A DNA stretch of 64,000 nucleotides from a virus (Duplodnaviria; Caudoviricetes): IMG/VR virus record IMGVR_UViG_3300037067_019009, positions 96,001-160,000 of that record; one strand, written 5' to 3'. The number at the start of each line of letters is the position of its first letter. Positions within the stretch are counted from its first letter, which is position 1. The position numbers and the translations under genes were made by a program. Positions 63,588 through 64,000 of the stretch are shown one piece after another. The notes beneath the pieces are model-generated. The model ran no database searches, was not told the DNA's origin, and saw only the letters and a program-made list of their open reading frames with translations.

Positions 63588-63638
63588 GTAACTAACCCGC
63601 ACATCTGGCCACAACAAACTTCACACTACGAGGGACAA

Positions 63639-63968
63639 ATGCCTGGATATATGTTTTTTATAGCTGGGGTGATCGGTGCTATAGTATCCGCTAACCTTAG
63701 AGACGGAGGCCTAGAGCTTCCTACGATCGTACAGTTAAGGAATGGGACAGGTAAAAAGCTGTGCTTAGGATGTTTGGTTGGACTGATATGCGGTGGGTTT
63801 GCTGGATATTACGCTGACAATACTTGGTTAAACGCCGGTATTTGGGGATTCGGTGGCCAGTACTTTATCGAGAGTGGCGGCAGAAAGCTGATAACTACTG
63901 TTACCGATGTAGTTAGCGGCAAGGATAGTGGGGCGAAAGGAGGAGACAATAGTATTGCCGCGCAGTAA
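63639..63968 (+). CDS. small multi-TM protein (holin-like/DUF4257-like)
   Basis: GVIGAIV...LELP...LG.L.GL..G..AG hydrophobic pattern. Confidence 0.55.
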   Translation: MPGYMFFIAGVIGAIVSANLRDGGLELPTIVQLRNGTGKKLCLGCLVGLICGGFAGYYADNTWLNAGIWGFGGQYFIESGGRKLITTVTDVVSGKDSGAKGGDNSIAAQ

Positions 63969-64000
63969 CACGAATATCAGTGAGGTGAATGATGGATGAG

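Noticed and set aside
1-64000. Stop-codon reassignment (TAG or TGA recoding as in some large phages)
   Set aside because: Conserved genes (thyX, gmd, terL, transketolase) are full length in the standard code and end at TAG, TAA or TGA where expected.

Overview
This window is a 64-kb segment of a large tailed-phage (or prophage-like) genome with two divergent arms. The minus-strand arm (1-35.7 kb) carries accessory and early functions. These include a TerY-P-type vWA/kinase/PP2C module with a nicotinamidase and a Ro60 (TROVE/Rsr) gene preceded by a consensus sigma70 promoter, three tandem Y-RNA-like hairpins and a tRNA-Leu body whose anticodon loop is replaced by a circularly permuted Y module. 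The same arm holds three more tRNA bodies with aberrant or expanded anticodon arms, one near-normal tRNA-Thr, a ~257-nt RNA that mimics the 23S rRNA GTPase-associated centre, and a stand-alone HisRS anticodon-binding domain. It also encodes a radical SAM protein, RNase H-DUF488, macro and ART-like proteins, and a very small, divergent two-subunit double-psi-beta-barrel RNA polymerase (beta'-like 456 aa, beta-like 670 aa) next to a repeat-rich non-coding region. The plus-strand arm (36-64 kb) carries thyX, a ~14-kb nucleotide-sugar/glycosylation cluster (gmd, two fcl-like reductases, split transketolase, GT10 and GT2-like transferases, methyltransferases) and the start of the packaging module (large terminase, portal). 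All calls come from motif recognition by eye; no searches were run.
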